Below, piece by piece: positions 1 through 13,382 of a stretch of 64,000 nt of DNA; position 1 is the first letter of the stretch, and each line of letters begins with the position of its first letter. The stretch comes from Takakia lepidozioides (Eukaryota > Plantae > Bryophyta), in assembly GCA_030704615.1 (NCBI GenBank), contig CM060734.1:50220001-50284000 (forward strand). Reading direction: 5' to 3'. A model generated the notes under the pieces. That model saw only the letters and a list, made by a program, of their open reading frames with translations. It was not told the origin of the DNA and did not search any database. A program made the translations under genes and the position numbers.

Positions 1-106
1 GCCCTGAGGGCAGCCCAAACCGGACATTTGGTCCACAAATGACCTCCCTGAAAATTTAAAAGCAAAACAAACAAAGCAATGCTCCAGGGATTCTGTATTT
101 CGCAAC

Positions 107-610
107 TGTCGTGCGTATACATATCGCTACACAACTACATCGATGTCCAAAACCACACAACACATGTGCACACCACACACTAGTATATCACTAGTCCACC
201 ACTAGTCCAACCACTAGGCTACAACTAGTCAGTCACTAGGCTGCCACTATGCTGCCCACTATGGCAGTCACTAGTCCACACAATGATAAAGAAAAAGAAG
301 ACAAGCACAAGCTCATGTGAGCTCACAAAGCGGAAGCATAAACTCATGCATATATAACCTCATCACTCAAATACAAGTCAAGCCAAGTGCACCCCACGCT
401 ATGGGGAATCCACACTACGACGCCATAGCTAGGCGCGGTGAGGCTCAACTCGAGAAAGATGAGCCTCTCGCGTTTGCCGTGAAGATGACCACTCCAGGGC
501 CTAAATCTGCCTTGACCCCTGGATTGACACTTAGGCCATTCCCAAATGTCAATATGTAAAAGCTAGCTATTTCCTAGCTAGTTTCACACTAGTGGTAAAA
601 TAACTTGACA
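107..610 (-). mobile_element. LTR (504 bp, TGTC...GACA termini) of a PHD-bearing Ty3/Gypsy family
   Basis: Inverted TGTC/GACA ends. 360-610 recurs at 24035-24285 with the same TTGACA boundary. 107-284 recurs at 613-802. Confidence 0.6.
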
Positions 611-612
611 GC

Positions 613-812
613 TGTCGTGCGCATACATATCGCTACACAACTACATCGCTGTCCAAAACCACACAACACATGTGCACGCCACACACTAGTATATCACTAG
701 TCCACCACTAGTCCAACCATTAGTCCAACCACTAGGCTACAACTAGTCAGTCACTAGGCTGCCACTATACTGCCCACTATGGCAGTCACTAGTCCACACA
801 ATCGCCCCCCTA
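613..812 (-). mobile_element. Partial second LTR copy preceded (on minus) by a polypurine tract
   Basis: ~190-bp near-identical direct repeat of 107-284; minus-strand AGGGGGGCGA at ~803-812 immediately upstream. Confidence 0.6.
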
Positions 813-1060
813 GCTGGTGCTTAGGTCCCTCTAAGTCCAGGTAGCCACAAGATATGATGGTGATCATAGCCTCACTAAGTCCTCCACCACTATCCCTACT
901 ACACTCAAACTCGATAGATCAAGAGGCCAGGTGCAAGAGTTGCCCCATCGTTAGTCGCCGTCTTGCAACCTGTGAACTTGAGCTTGGGATCTCATGTATT
1001 GACTCATATGAGTTTGGCCTCCCATGTCTTGTTAGCTGCCTCCAGTCATGTCTACTGCCA

Positions 1061-1189
<129 letters not shown>

Positions 1190-1689
1190 CTATCAAATGT
1201 TCGCTCAACCAGCTAACTTGCAGAATTCAACATGAAAATTGGCCGATTTTGATATGAGGGTTAGTATGTGTGGTGGATCTATCGCTTCATGAGAATTCGG
1301 ATAGTTTGGTGGAAGTTCCTTGTTATGTTTCAGCTCTTCTCTTTCCTAGGCCCCCGAGTTTGTTGTGATTCAGTTCTGCACTCCGGTGTGACTATTGGCT
1401 TGAGCCTAAAGGCCTGATTTGGTTGTCCATGAGTAGTAACAAATGAGGTGAAGGTATCCCTGGCTGGAGATCATAGGTGCAGGCACTCCAAACCACCTTA
1501 TCTAAAACCCATTGTCTACTTCTTATGTGTAGTGCAGTCATGGATGATCAACTACATGCTGTGCTATTCCAGCGATGCCAATCAGGGCGTTCGTCAGCTG
1601 GCCTTTCCGAGTCCTTGCGTAAACAAATTATGTATCATGTGTCTACTCACCGTTTCATGGATGATAAGTTTTTCAAGGAGCTCACTAGA

Positions 1690-2800
1690 GGGGGCATGCC
1701 ATGCTACTTGGAGGTGCCACCATGGAGCCAGTTGAATGCTTAACTGGAGCGTTTCCATTGTTCCTTGTATACATGCCACCTTGGTGTCAAGAAAACTGTG
1801 GCCCACATCCAAGAGGTATAATATTGGTTGGGAATTCACCGAGACGTCACCAAGTTCATCTCTAACTGTGAAGGTTGTCGTGCTAACATTGCTCTCCCTA
1901 GGGCTCGGATCTTGTATGAGCTGCAGCCTTTGCCTGTCACCCATGTTTTTGCTCGTGTTGGCATTGACTTAGTAGGACCCCTCGCACTCACATCAAAGGG
2001 TCGAAGCTACATTTGTGTTGCTACCGACCACTTGACTTAGTGGGTAGAAGTCCAGCTTCTGCGTTCCAAGGCTAGTGATGTTGTAGCTCAGTTTTTCTTC
2101 AATGAGATCCTTATGCGGGATGGGTGTCCTCGGGAGATACTAACGGATCAGGGCAAGGAGTTTTGTAACTAGCTCCTCACGGTGATTTGCTTCAACTTCG
2201 GTGTTAAGCATTCCACCACCGCCCCATACCATCCCCTGACCAATGACCTCACCAAACGCTTCAACCAAACTCTTTGCCGAATGTTGGAGAAGAATGGCGC
2301 ACTGACCAGGGAGTGGGATACCTTTCTTCCCCCTATTCTCTTTGCTTATCGCACCGCCGTGCATGCTAGTACCAAGAAGACTTTTTTTGAGTTGTTGTAT
2401 GGTCGCAAGTGTGTTTCTCCTTTGCATTCTACCCCTCTTATCTCTACTGTTGCTGATCCGGTTGGTCTTGAGACCTTTGTTGAGGATCTTCATGCTCGGC
2501 ATGCGGTGTCTATCCATGATGCCAAGACGAACATTGATAAGGCTCTGCTAACACAGGCCTGTAATTTTAACAAACATGTCAAGTATTCTAACCTGTTTCA
2601 GGTGGGACAGATCGTGTGCGTTCAATTACAGCATGGCAAGCATGCGTGCAAATCTAAGCTCAAAATTGACGGTCCCTACTTGATCTATCAAATTCTACGT
2701 GGGCGACGTGCTCTCCTTCTTCCACAAGGCTCTAATACTGAAGTGCAGGATGGACGTGTTTCCTTGGCCGACTTGATGCATTCCGAACTAGTTTTTTTAT
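1690..2800 (+). pseudogene. Ty3/Gypsy integrase, disrupted
   Basis: HHCC (H..CHLG...CEGC), RVGIDLVGPL, ICVATDHLT*WVE, PYHPLTN..KRFNQTL, LFAYRT and GPY motifs, with in-frame stops. Confidence 0.9.
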
Positions 2801-3161
2801 CTTACATCTATCAATGTGGAGGGGTGCACGGTGGGGTGATGTCTTGATCTTCTTCGCCGATCTACTTCAGCTTGATCCTCTTCTTTTCTCAGCGGCTTAG
2901 TCTGAGTTTGCGGATGGTGACTATTGGGATCCTAGGACTTTGACCTCTCTAGGACTTAGCAACATTTTTCATGGTATATCACCGTCTGTACTCCTTTGTA
3001 CGGTTTTCCTAGCCAAGGGTTTTGTCCTCGGCCCAACTTGCAGGTGCCAGGTTTTCCTTTGGAAGGTTTTTCACCCAACAGTGGAGGGTGATATTTTCCT
3101 ATTGTTTGTTCTCCTTCGCGGAGCTGAGGATTTTTTCGTAGGGGGTAGGCTTCACATCAGA

Positions 3162-3677
3162 TGTAAAGCCCCCATATTTGCTTAGCCTAGAAATGGCTCG
3201 TTTCATCCAAAACGGCGATACACATCCGTAGTATAAAATTTTGGGCGATAAAGCCGTACAACCATTACAATGATACCTAGATTAGGGTTAGTTTTGGGCT
3301 GGTGGCGACATCCTGGCCCTTCATCAGATCTAGGGCTACAAGGCGGCGCCGTGGGCTTTGGCTTGTGACACCTCCCATGCGGCGGGCCACTAAAGCTAAG
3401 GCTTTTATAAAGACAGCACCTTGACACAAGGTCAGGCGTGTACTCGGGTATTAGTGTATAGTTGATTTTTGGTGTACAAGGCTTGGATGAGAGCTGCTTT
3501 GTGTCAGATCCGTGTGTTTGATCCTCCTCTCGCGTTTTGCTTGCTCTTTCCGCTCGCCCCTTTGTTATGAAACCTTGCTATTTGAGGGAAAGGAGTATAT
3601 GCTTTAGGCTTGTTTTAAGGCTTCCACAACCCTTTCTACGTGTGAGCTGAAAATTACCCCGCTCAAGGTTGTGTCAA
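3162..3677 (+). mobile_element. Probable 3' LTR of the + strand Gypsy remnant
   Basis: Purine tract AGGGGGTAGG at ~3140, TGT start, internal TATAAA, ends in TGTCA. No partner LTR in the window. Confidence 0.35.
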
Positions 3678-5812
3678 TTTCATTTTTGTTCAAGGATTAT
3701 TCCAATTCTAGCATATAATATTTTTTGTGACAAGGAATTTCTATGCCATATTCTCATACAAATTTTGTTGGGAGTCTTGTCCCGGTGTCTCCATGCTGGT
3801 CATAAAGTTGTTCTCTCGAAAGATATGCTTATTGGATAGTGCTCAAGAGATTAACTACAATTGGGAATCTAATCAATGTAGATGTAAATTTGATTCATCT
3901 CTGCCAACATGATCCATTATTGCTACTGGTTACTGAATGAATGTGCAAAGCTGAATAAAGAACATGACCTAAAATTACCTTAATAGTGTGCAAAGGTAAA
4001 GGTCTCACTGTGGGGATGCCCTTCCTCCTCTTGTCTTGGTTCTTTAATTCATGCAAGCACTTCGCTCATCTTTTCCACACACCATTCTTCCAAGAAACCC
4101 ACCCACTAGTTACTTCTCCCCTTTTTTTCCACTTCCTTGAAACTGAAGCTTGGTCTATCAGCACAACGACATGAGTGACTAATGCTCCCTCCCACGGCTC
4201 CGCTAATAATAGGCCAGACCACCCTTGGGGAAGGGCCACCTGGTCCACAAAAAGGTGATGCACACTTTTACAACAAGAAATCAGTGGACAACATCAAAGC
4301 AGTTTCTGCAAATAGATGAGAATGGGCAAGTAATTAGTGTACAAAAGCAAAGCATAGATGCATCACATATGTCCTGGATTGTGGCTACAAATGAGTGCAA
4401 TTGTTAAATATCTCATGTTGTGATGTGGAACTGAAATACAGTATCAATCCTTAACTAGAAATCCCCATCTGTGGTCAATTTTCCTTCAGAGAAACAACAA
4501 CCCTGATTGGACCTTTTGAACAGAGCTCACCCTCTGCTTACAACAGCCAGTTCACTACACCAAAATTGGAAGAGGATGCCATGAGATTCACTGCTTCTGA
4601 CTTCTCTAAGCTTCCACTGTCTGCTGCATACACACTGTCGTCAGTCCTGTTGCTTGCCTTCTCACAGCCAACACTGAACTAAGCTGTTTAAGCCATCGCT
4701 TATACTGTTATGAGCTCCAATATAGCCATTGCCTAGTTGCATTGTGCCTACAAGCTTCTCCTCCCTCAAAATTCAGCTTTATTTTTTTCCATATCCAAGT
4801 CTTCTTGTGCGCTTGTCTTTCCTGTCCTCGGATCTCGCATCTACAACCTTCTCTGTGTTCTAGGATAGATGCTAGCCCATTGGTTGTCCTTGACATAGCT
4901 ACCAATATTGAACACTTCCGTTTCTGCCTGTGCTTGGGCAATCCATCAGCTCGTCGGCCTCTTCACTGGTCTCTGAATACTTGGCAATGTTGCCTACTGT
5001 GTTGTTTGTGTTTATCCCTGCAAAGGCCAAGATTTACTGAAGTTTAGTACAATGTAATGTCATAGTACACCCTCAAATGGTCAAGGGTGTAAAATAGTTG
5101 TAGATAAGATAGAATGTGAGACAGATGCAGAGTTTTTCCTTTCATTTCCAGATCTTAGTGATAAAATCTGCAAAAAAGGTCTGTAAGTGCCCCCTAGTTA
5201 TGGTTATGTGCAAGTACATTGCGGCCCTTCCAGGCAGAATCCCACCCATGGGAAGAAAGGGCTCAGTACGACACTCTTTGGAAGCATATAATCCAATCAA
5301 GGAGTCTCCTCTCTTGGGGTGACAAGGGCAGGCAGGGGTTCACTTGTTTCCTTGTTTGTCAACCTTTCTTCTCTGTCACATGTTTGGCATTCATGTGGCC
5401 AATTTGAAGTTCCCTTCTTCCCTGACTAGAATACTGGTTGCCTTTAGGCATAACAAAGATCAGAAGAGGGATTACCACCATTCTACACTTAACCCCACAG
5501 TAACATATAAATCTTGGTCTGAACTCACTGAGTCACAATGTGACCACAACCGACCTTCTCCAACATAACCATCTGGTTGCCATTCACCATGTACAGATTG
5601 TGGCGCTCTAGACATATGTTATAGTGCATTTGCTCAAGGACAACAAAGGGCTGGAACACTCTACCAACAGTTGTTGTAAGGGGGACCCATTCACTCACAT
5701 AATCTCCCACAATATCTCTCATGTCCTACTGGGAGTCGTTTAAGACTTTCTCGCCTGTAAATTAGGTATATCAGACCATAAGCCTTGCTTTCACCAAACA
5801 ACAAAGAGGAAG

Positions 5813-6873
5813 TTACAGCATGGTGAAGGAAGAGGATGAATTCAAAGAGTGGTGGTGACTTGCAGGTGGCGGAGTTGCATACGTGTCCACAGCAAGCTCC
5901 CCCGGGTTAAGAGTTTTATCCCGGCCATACCAGCTGGACATGGCGTGGAAGACCTCCTTATGGAAATTGGCAGACAATCTATTGTTCTTTCTCTCCTCGT
6001 GGGATTGTTGCCAGTACGATTTAACCCCGCCTGGACTTATCCTTTCGTAAGTACACACCTTCTTGAACTCGGATGCTAGTGACTCCCACTTGTCCTGACA
6101 CTGTTGCGCGCTTTTCTCAGCCCCGTGGCTCTAGCAATAGTCCTCAATCCATAGCCATCTTTCTTGAGCTGACTTGCGCTTCTCTTTGGCACTAGCCGTT
6201 TTGCTCTTTTCTTTGTCCTCCATCTTGGCAGCTTGCAATACCATCACTTCCTCCGCTGTCCATTTGTTTTTCTTGTAGACTCTGCTGTCTCTAGCTCCGT
6301 CGTCGGCTTCCCTAGATTTGACGTCATCGTCTTCATCAACCAGACCTTGCGTATCGTCATCATCACTAATTTCATGTCTGAAGGGGGCTGAAGTGTCAAG
6401 AATAAGTTCGCTGGGATCAACTGTTGTTTTCCTCACATACCACAAAGAAACTGCATCATACACGTCCTTCCAAAAGTTAGGGGGAAATCTTCTTGTCTTT
6501 CTCTCTGTCACCGACATCTGCCAATACGATTTGCGACCATTGCTGAGCTTCTTCTCATACTTGCTAATCTTGTAGAATATGCTACCAGCGACTCCTACTT
6601 ATCCTGGCATTGCCTACCGCTCCTCTCAATACCCTGGTTCCAGGCAAAGGTCCTCAATGTACATCCCCTCTCCTGTGAGCTTAGGTGTCTGTCCTTCCCA
6701 TCCCCTCTCATCTGTCGCTCCTGGTCCTCCCGCTTCGCATCCTGCAAAACCATCACCTCTTCATGCGTCCAATTTTTCCTCTTATACATCCTATTGTTTT
6801 TGTGAGGCGATCCATCGCTCCCATCATCATACTCCCCATCCTCCACTCCTAGGGTTTCATGTTGCGACACCAA
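5813..6873 (-). pseudogene. Trihelix (Myb/SANT-like) protein of ASR3/SH4 type with two tandem DNA-binding domains; stops and frameshifts
   Basis: Two copies of W(T)xEEVMVLQxAK...ERW.WIEDYC...QCQDKWESL...YE...SYWQ...ERK...NF across ORFs 6595-6873, 6131-6517 and 5813-6058. Confidence 0.8.
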
Positions 6874-7947
6874 TTCTCCCCCGGGTCATCTTGCGATCCT
6901 CCCATTCTCCATCCCCTTGTTTCCTCATCAATTTCCCCTTCTTGTTCGAATCCTTCTCTCCCTCTTTCTCGCACTACCCGGCTCTTCTCAGGGCCAGCGA
7001 TGGAACGCAGGCACCCCCACCGCCCTCGCTTGCCCGCCCTCCCCTCTCTCTCTCTCTCCTTCCTTCCCTCCCTCTCCTCTTTTCTTCTTCCTTTTGCCCC
7101 AATTCTTGCCCCTTCACGCACATCTCAGCCCCTTCAATGATACCATTTTGGACGGACTAGATCGCATCCATATGTCCGGCACTCATCCTTTCTGCCCCTC
7201 CATCTGCGCCTGGGCATTTGTTTTTAAAGAGGAAGGGATGGAGGCCTTTTTAATCAAATTTGACTTCAATGCCCTTCATTTTTCTTTTTCTTTTTCTTCT
7301 TTTTTTTTCTTTTCTTTCTTTTTCTTTTTTGCAGAAAGGGGTAGTAGCCCTTGAGGTAGCTACTGGCATGCACTTCATGTATATAAATAAGCATTTCTTT
7401 TCCTGAATCTCCAGACTCTCAAGTTCCACGAGTCCATAAGTGACGCTCGCGGCTCCACATTTTGAATCCCGGCACACATGAGCGACCACATGAATGGCTC
7501 TCCCGATTTCCGTACTTCCTCCTCCCTGCAGTTTGTTATTAATTCAGTTCCACCTATGCATCCCTGATGCAAATCGGATGTGAGGTGAAAGCTTCTCATG
7601 TGTTAGAATCCGGGCCGTTCGCTTAGGGGTTGAGTTCCTTCAGCCCACAATGAGCTTTGCTCTTGGCTATCATTTCCTTCCATCTGCAACTCCCTCTTGG
7701 CTCCATGGGGATAGAAGAAACATGTCAGAAAGGTTCCCACGACATAACTGAGGTGTTGGGTACGTTTTCCATTTTCTCTTCCCGATCACTTTGAGGAATC
7801 TTATGAGACGCTCGTATGCAAAAAGACTCTAGTGTTGCATCAGCCGTGCCGGAGAGCCCTTTGCGATGCGGAGATATCATGCCAGGCCAGCTAACCTTCA
7901 GTAGCCTCCCATTTGTGGCTCCGTCTCAGTTAAGAAGTGGGCGATGG

Positions 7948-8028
7948 GGGCCCGAGTTCATCACTTCATGCCAGGGTCCGTTGTCCATCCGGAGCGACCT
8001 CCTTGAATGAAGTGATGAACTCGAACCC
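7948..8028. other. ~80-nt hairpin with a perfect 17-bp stem
   Basis: CGAGTTCATCACTTCAT (7953-7969) is the reverse complement of ATGAAGTGATGAACTCG (8007-8023); further imperfect pairing inside and outside. Confidence 0.6.
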
Positions 8029-11000
8029 CTGTTCTCTTGGAATATTCATGATTCATCATAGCCATAATCAAATGGATTTAGCTTCTCATGAAACTTCTTC
8101 ATGCTTCAAGTTGCAACTCCTACATTTTCAGCTATTCTGACAATCGTGACAGCACAGACACTTCCAGCTCTCACTCTTCAGCAGAATATCCCCGCTTTCA
8201 CAGTTCCAAACTTCTCATGCTCCTCTAGCAACTGCTCATCCAAGTTCTACAGGGCCATAACAAACACGACTTCAGTACTCGAGAGAAGTTAGACAGATTT
8301 CAGGAGCCTTTAAAGAAATGAATAGAGACACAGAGAATGTAGTCATGGACCTCGAGTTGTTGTATAGTGTATAGAGACATGATCGAAAAGTTGGGGGGAG
8401 GGGTGCAAGAAAAGATGCCATAAAAATGGACTTAAAATTGTTGCATACTGAGTCCAGTTGTGGTTGTGGTGTTTTCTTTTCAGAAGAAAGGAAGAAATGG
8501 AATGGTACTTTATAACATCCGTGGGAAGCTCAAAGGAAAGGCAGATACAAGAGAAAAGACTTCACAACATCCACAGAGGGCCTACGGACAGGGACGTAGA
8601 GACACACAGAGACATGGAGACAAATGGATCTGGAGGGGATAAAAGAGAACAAGAAAAGAGATCTCACTTCATTGTAAGGCATGTCGAACCCCTCGAGTTT
8701 CCCTTTTCAAAAGCAGCCAAGAGAATTGTTACTTGACCAATTGCAGTAACTAATCACTTTTGAGACCCTCAAGTGCCCTTGGATCCAAGTCTGTGTCCAA
8801 AACATAGCTCAAGTGGATACAATGGCAATAAAAGGTGGCAATTTCCACTGACCAGTGGAAAATCTGCCCAAAAGATTGTTGACTGCATTAGAGCATGAAA
8901 CTTTATGTTGGAAACACTCATGTTACCTGCCAAAGGGTCTGGACTGGCACTCCAAGTGCACTATTTTTGTCTCCAGGTGATTCAACCTCTACACAGGTTG
9001 CTACAAAAGTTGATCAGCTATGCTTTATGGTCCTTCATCAGATCAGTAAAATGAGCAAAAGTTCTGGTACCTGCTCTTGTTCAAGCCCAATCTCTTTAGC
9101 CTTCCTGTAGCTTTTTCTGTTCTTCCGGCTGCTTTCTGCAAGATTATGCACCACAAAACATCTCAGTCCAGACTCCCACCCAAATCCCAATGAATGAGGA
9201 GGCCACAAAGCTCACGCTTGTCTACTTTTACCGTCAAAAGAATTCTGTACCCTGCGGATAATCAGATGAGAGCATATACAGATGATGAAGCAGCCTGGAT
9301 CTGGGACTCGAGAAGCTCCAACTTATTTCGACCTTTTTTTTGTACAGCAGCTGACAACGAATGCTAAGCTGCAGCATGTAAAGAGCCTGATGCAGCAGGG
9401 TGTTGGCCATAGTGTCTCCAGCTCCAAACTACTAAAGATGGAGGAAATTATACTCTCTTATTTCAGCTAAACCCCTCTCCATTCTCCAGTACCATGGATT
9501 TGGATGGCAATCTGTTTGCTTTTGTTGCCCAACTGAAGTATGTAATAATAGACCTGAATAGGCTTTGGCATTCTGCTATGCTCTATCAAGGCTGTCTTGA
9601 TGCCTTTCAACTACCAATAGTTACTTTGTAAGGTGCTCAAGAGTCCTCACCCACAACAAATGGCCTTGCAGCACAAGGGAGATATGATCCAAGCATTTTC
9701 TGTTCACTGTGGCAACCTAACCTACAACAGAACTTTGGCGGAGGGTGAACGCTTTGCTGAATCTTACCTGAGCATCAAAGGCTTTCCTGAGATTGGTGCT
9801 GGTTTTTTATGGGGACAGGTCGACATGATCCAGCTAGACACAAGTGATTATCTTCACTAATTTCAGGGAACGTGTCCAGTAATTTTTAATCTATCATAGT
9901 GTGTGATCCCTAATTGCAGAGACATTATGGAAGCTCTCAACAGAGTTGGAGATGTTGTTAAAGCAATGGAGTTTATTGGGCAGAGCTCTGGTAAGTAAGG
10001 ATTGTTTGCAATTCTCAACTGTTTAGGGCAATGGTCAGCCTATAAACCTTTGATTATTTCTTTTTGTGAATTCCACCTATGATTTTAATGAAACTGATTT
10101 CCTATTTGCTTCAAACAATTTTGTTTCGAGCTCACCTGGGATTTGTGTCACCCTAACTGGTAATGTGCATCAGGTTCCACTGCTTTCTTTCCTATGCTGC
10201 CCTTCAACACCATTATAGTTCTCATAGAGATGGGATATGTCTCAGCATGAACATGTGCTCTTTCTAGTTGCTTATAACTCTATCTAAAGCAGTGTAAGAT
10301 GGGAGGTGCAGTGACTGCAATGAAGATATTGAGGACCTTATGGAGGGCAGATCTTGTGTGTCTCTTGATTCAACGGTACCTCGTAGAATATAAGTGACCC
10401 ATGCAATTCAGCTTCCTCTATGGTGAGATCACAGCTGCAACAGTTAATCAATCTTTTTGACATGTGGCCTTTATGTGCACTGTGGCAGGTAAGGCATCAA
10501 AAGGCCAGACTCAGAAAGTTCAGTAAGCTGTCCTCCAAGTAGTCCTACAGCTTCTACTCCCTCAAGCATAACTTCATTGTGTACTTCTAGTTCAGAGAAG
10601 AGTCTATTTTAAGTGGGGAATCTATCTTCACTGCACACAAGAAAACCCAATCCAAAGTTGGAATCTATGGTCACACACCTAAACCTGAAATTGCTTTTGG
10701 TATGGAGATTCAGGATTCCAGATCATGACATTCACCTGGCAGGAAGTGTGATCCTTCCTTTGCAGAATTGTGCTTGCATTTATCCAGGCTTATTTCTGCT
10801 TCCTGCTGGTGGGGTACTTACGTACTCTCTTTTGCACCAATGCACATAAATACACAACAAAGCCCGTGGCACACCCATGCAACATGGAGGTGTCAACAGC
10901 TTCACCTTCCATCCAAGCCCCCGCATAGTGCTTGTCCTGCTTTGCTAGGCATCTTTGGTACATTATGTTTGAAGCCATTGTCAAGTACTTCCAAGGCATT

Positions 11001-12198
11001 GGAATATGGTTTCTATGTGTTCTCTTCAATTTTCAAAGACCATTATGCAATGATCATAAGTTGGGTTAGCGTGTGACTTCCCCTAACCGTTCTTTAGATG
11101 GTAGCGAAGAATATATATGTATGTATGGTATAGAAAGTCTGACCAGAGGTCCTTTCTTTGTGTTATAAATATATCCTGCTCTGAAACTGGGTTGTTTTGT
11201 ATGTCTACAAGTCATACCTCCATTTCTCGGTATGGATGAGGGTTTAAGGTCCCATTATTTTGTAGACTCATTAATAATGAGATATACCTCTTGAGCTGAT
11301 AGCATCAAAAGATATGTATATGAAGGTACCTCATGCATTCAAACTAGAAGTGCAAATGGTGGAGATGGTAATGGAGGAGTTTGTGGGCGGAACTTGAGAG
11401 CAAAGAGGCGCCATTACCCTGGAGCAGAGAAGTTTGTACCTGGTGGAGGGGAGTTGAGATCAAAGAGGGCTCCCCCCCTGTGACTCATTAGACATAAGTT
11501 TGAACTCCATGTTAGGGGGAGATAACTGAGAAATCAGTGACTCCGCTTAATGCATAACTGCAGTTCTATCGATTCGCCTTCCTTCTTCTCCCGATGACAG
11601 AATCTTACAGCCTAAGTATTGGATTGTGCCTCTCTCTCCATCTCCTAATGTGGGCTTACAAAGTGTGAGGATAGAGACTAGGAGATGGGATAGGTACAGC
11701 ATGCTAGACAACTCTGCCTGGCTTTTGGAGTAGGAGACTGAGCATTTCTTTACTCACTATCCCACTACTACTGCCTATGTAGCGACAGCCAATCTGACAC
11801 AGATGTGTTTCTTTGCAAGGATAAGAAGATGCCTCTACCTTAAAGAATTTCTTGAAGTTCTAGTGTAGTTTTTGGGCTGCTTATAGTGGGCCCCACTGTC
11901 CTTGTATCCAACTTCCTTCGTCCCATAAACTCTCTTAGCTTCCCATTGATAGTGTAGAATTTCTTTCTTTCTTTGTTTCATGGTGCAGTGAACATTTTGA
12001 AACAAACTGATGATTTTCTATTGTACAGGAAATCAGAACAGCCTCAAAAAATCTCACTTCTGAAGTGAGCATTGGGGGATGGTTGGGCCCCACCTTTCTT
12101 CTTGTCCTACCTTCCACTTTTTCCAGCTCTGTTGTGTAGACATGACATTCTACCGTCTATTCTTTTTCCACCTCTTTGAAGGTTGTTTGATGGATTCA

Positions 12199-12262
12199 AG
12201 TTGTAGCCCAATGGTAATGGACACACACCACCTCGGAAGTGGTTGTGGGTTCAATCCACCCA
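12199..12262 (+). promoter_or_regulatory. tRNA-like Pol III internal promoter (A and B box), probable SINE head
   Basis: TAGCCCAATGG (A box) and GGTTCAATCC (B box) at tRNA-like spacing; no complete cloverleaf seen. Confidence 0.4.
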
Positions 12263-12789
12263 TTTGTGTCACAAAGGTGTCCACCTTTGTGGCGGAAGGT
12301 AGTAACCCTTGGGGGTGAAGAGACACCATAATTTACGCTTCCTTCGAGAGGCGTCAAATGTAAATATATATACAATTCGATGGGTTCATGTACACAACAA
12401 CAAGAGATTCGGTGCAATGAGTCAATTGAGCAGTAGTGCAGTGCTTATCAGAGTACTTTGAACCTGGAAAAAGACCAGGAGAGCATATTCAGATACCCCC
12501 GATTGTGGATATGTAATTTATGTGAGGAGAGCTGGGGCGACTTGCTTGCACCACTCTAGGGCCCTTGGTGTGGGGCATTCCTCGATTTTGGGCACCACCC
12601 TTGTGTGGGACCTTCCCTTGCATAAAACATGTGAAAGATTTTCTTTCCACCTTCCGAATCTTTTCGACCATGTGCTTCTTTTCATTCTCTACTCACTGCT
12701 AGCTTTTTTTGTGTGTTCTTCCAGCTTTTGTTGAAAAGAAGAAAGTCTGGCAGTGCCCCAAGGGAGCCAATCTACTCTTGGGGAGCAGA

Positions 12790-12981
12790 TAATAACAAAG
12801 ATAAAGATAAAGATAAAGATAAAGTTTCTTTAATGTCAAGTGAATTTACTGAGCCTACTGCTCAACACACAGGCCATCGAGGGCCCAATGGACGGTCTGA
12901 AGGCACATGTTGAAGGATTGAACCCAGTATCACCCAGGTTATGCACAGGCAAGGCATAACCACCCAACCAACCCACTCGGC
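12790..12981 (-). mobile_element. tRNA-derived SINE with (CTTTAT)n tail
   Basis: Minus strand: TGGTTGGGTGG (A-box-like), GGTTCAATCC (B box), short body, then a CTTTAT x4-5 tail (+ strand 12797-12824). Confidence 0.6.
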
Positions 12982-13382
12982 AAGTGCTTTACGTGTAACG
13001 GGAAGGTTAACGAACATCCATGAGCGGATTGTTCATCCATATTTCTGGATGAACACTCGGAACAGTGAGGGAGCGAGGCAGTCGTGTTGGGTCCTTCTGA
13101 TCCTCACTGCGATCCTGTGTCTTCAGTGCTACTTGCTACTTCTTGCGTGCTCGCTGCCATGGACGCCCTGCATCGTCTCCTCACTATGCCGCACAACGCC
13201 ATTCCAATGGCTGGGGATGCTTGTACATGCGGTATGAGGTCTTTCCCACATGTATTGATGTCTGTTGGGATTTCATATTCTGAAAGAGGTAGTGGGTTCT
13301 TGAGAGTGTGAAGTCATGGCATGGCATGCAGCTAATGGTGGATGAAGGGTGGTGCTGCATTGGAAGCCGATCGAGGGTGAAC

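Noticed and set aside
8011-8140. Box C/D snoRNA (GTGATGA...CTGA)
   Set aside because: No terminal stem or recognisable rRNA guide; the C-box-like motif is part of the hairpin stem.
8750-11100. Possible highly decayed LINE ORF2 sequence
   Set aside because: Only weak hints (CxxC-like and Trp-rich patches); no diagnostic motif could be established.
12199-12262. Functional tRNA gene
   Set aside because: A and B boxes are present, but there is no convincing acceptor or anticodon stem.
12265-12630. Solo LTR (TG...CA)
   Set aside because: No matching TSD and no second copy in the window.
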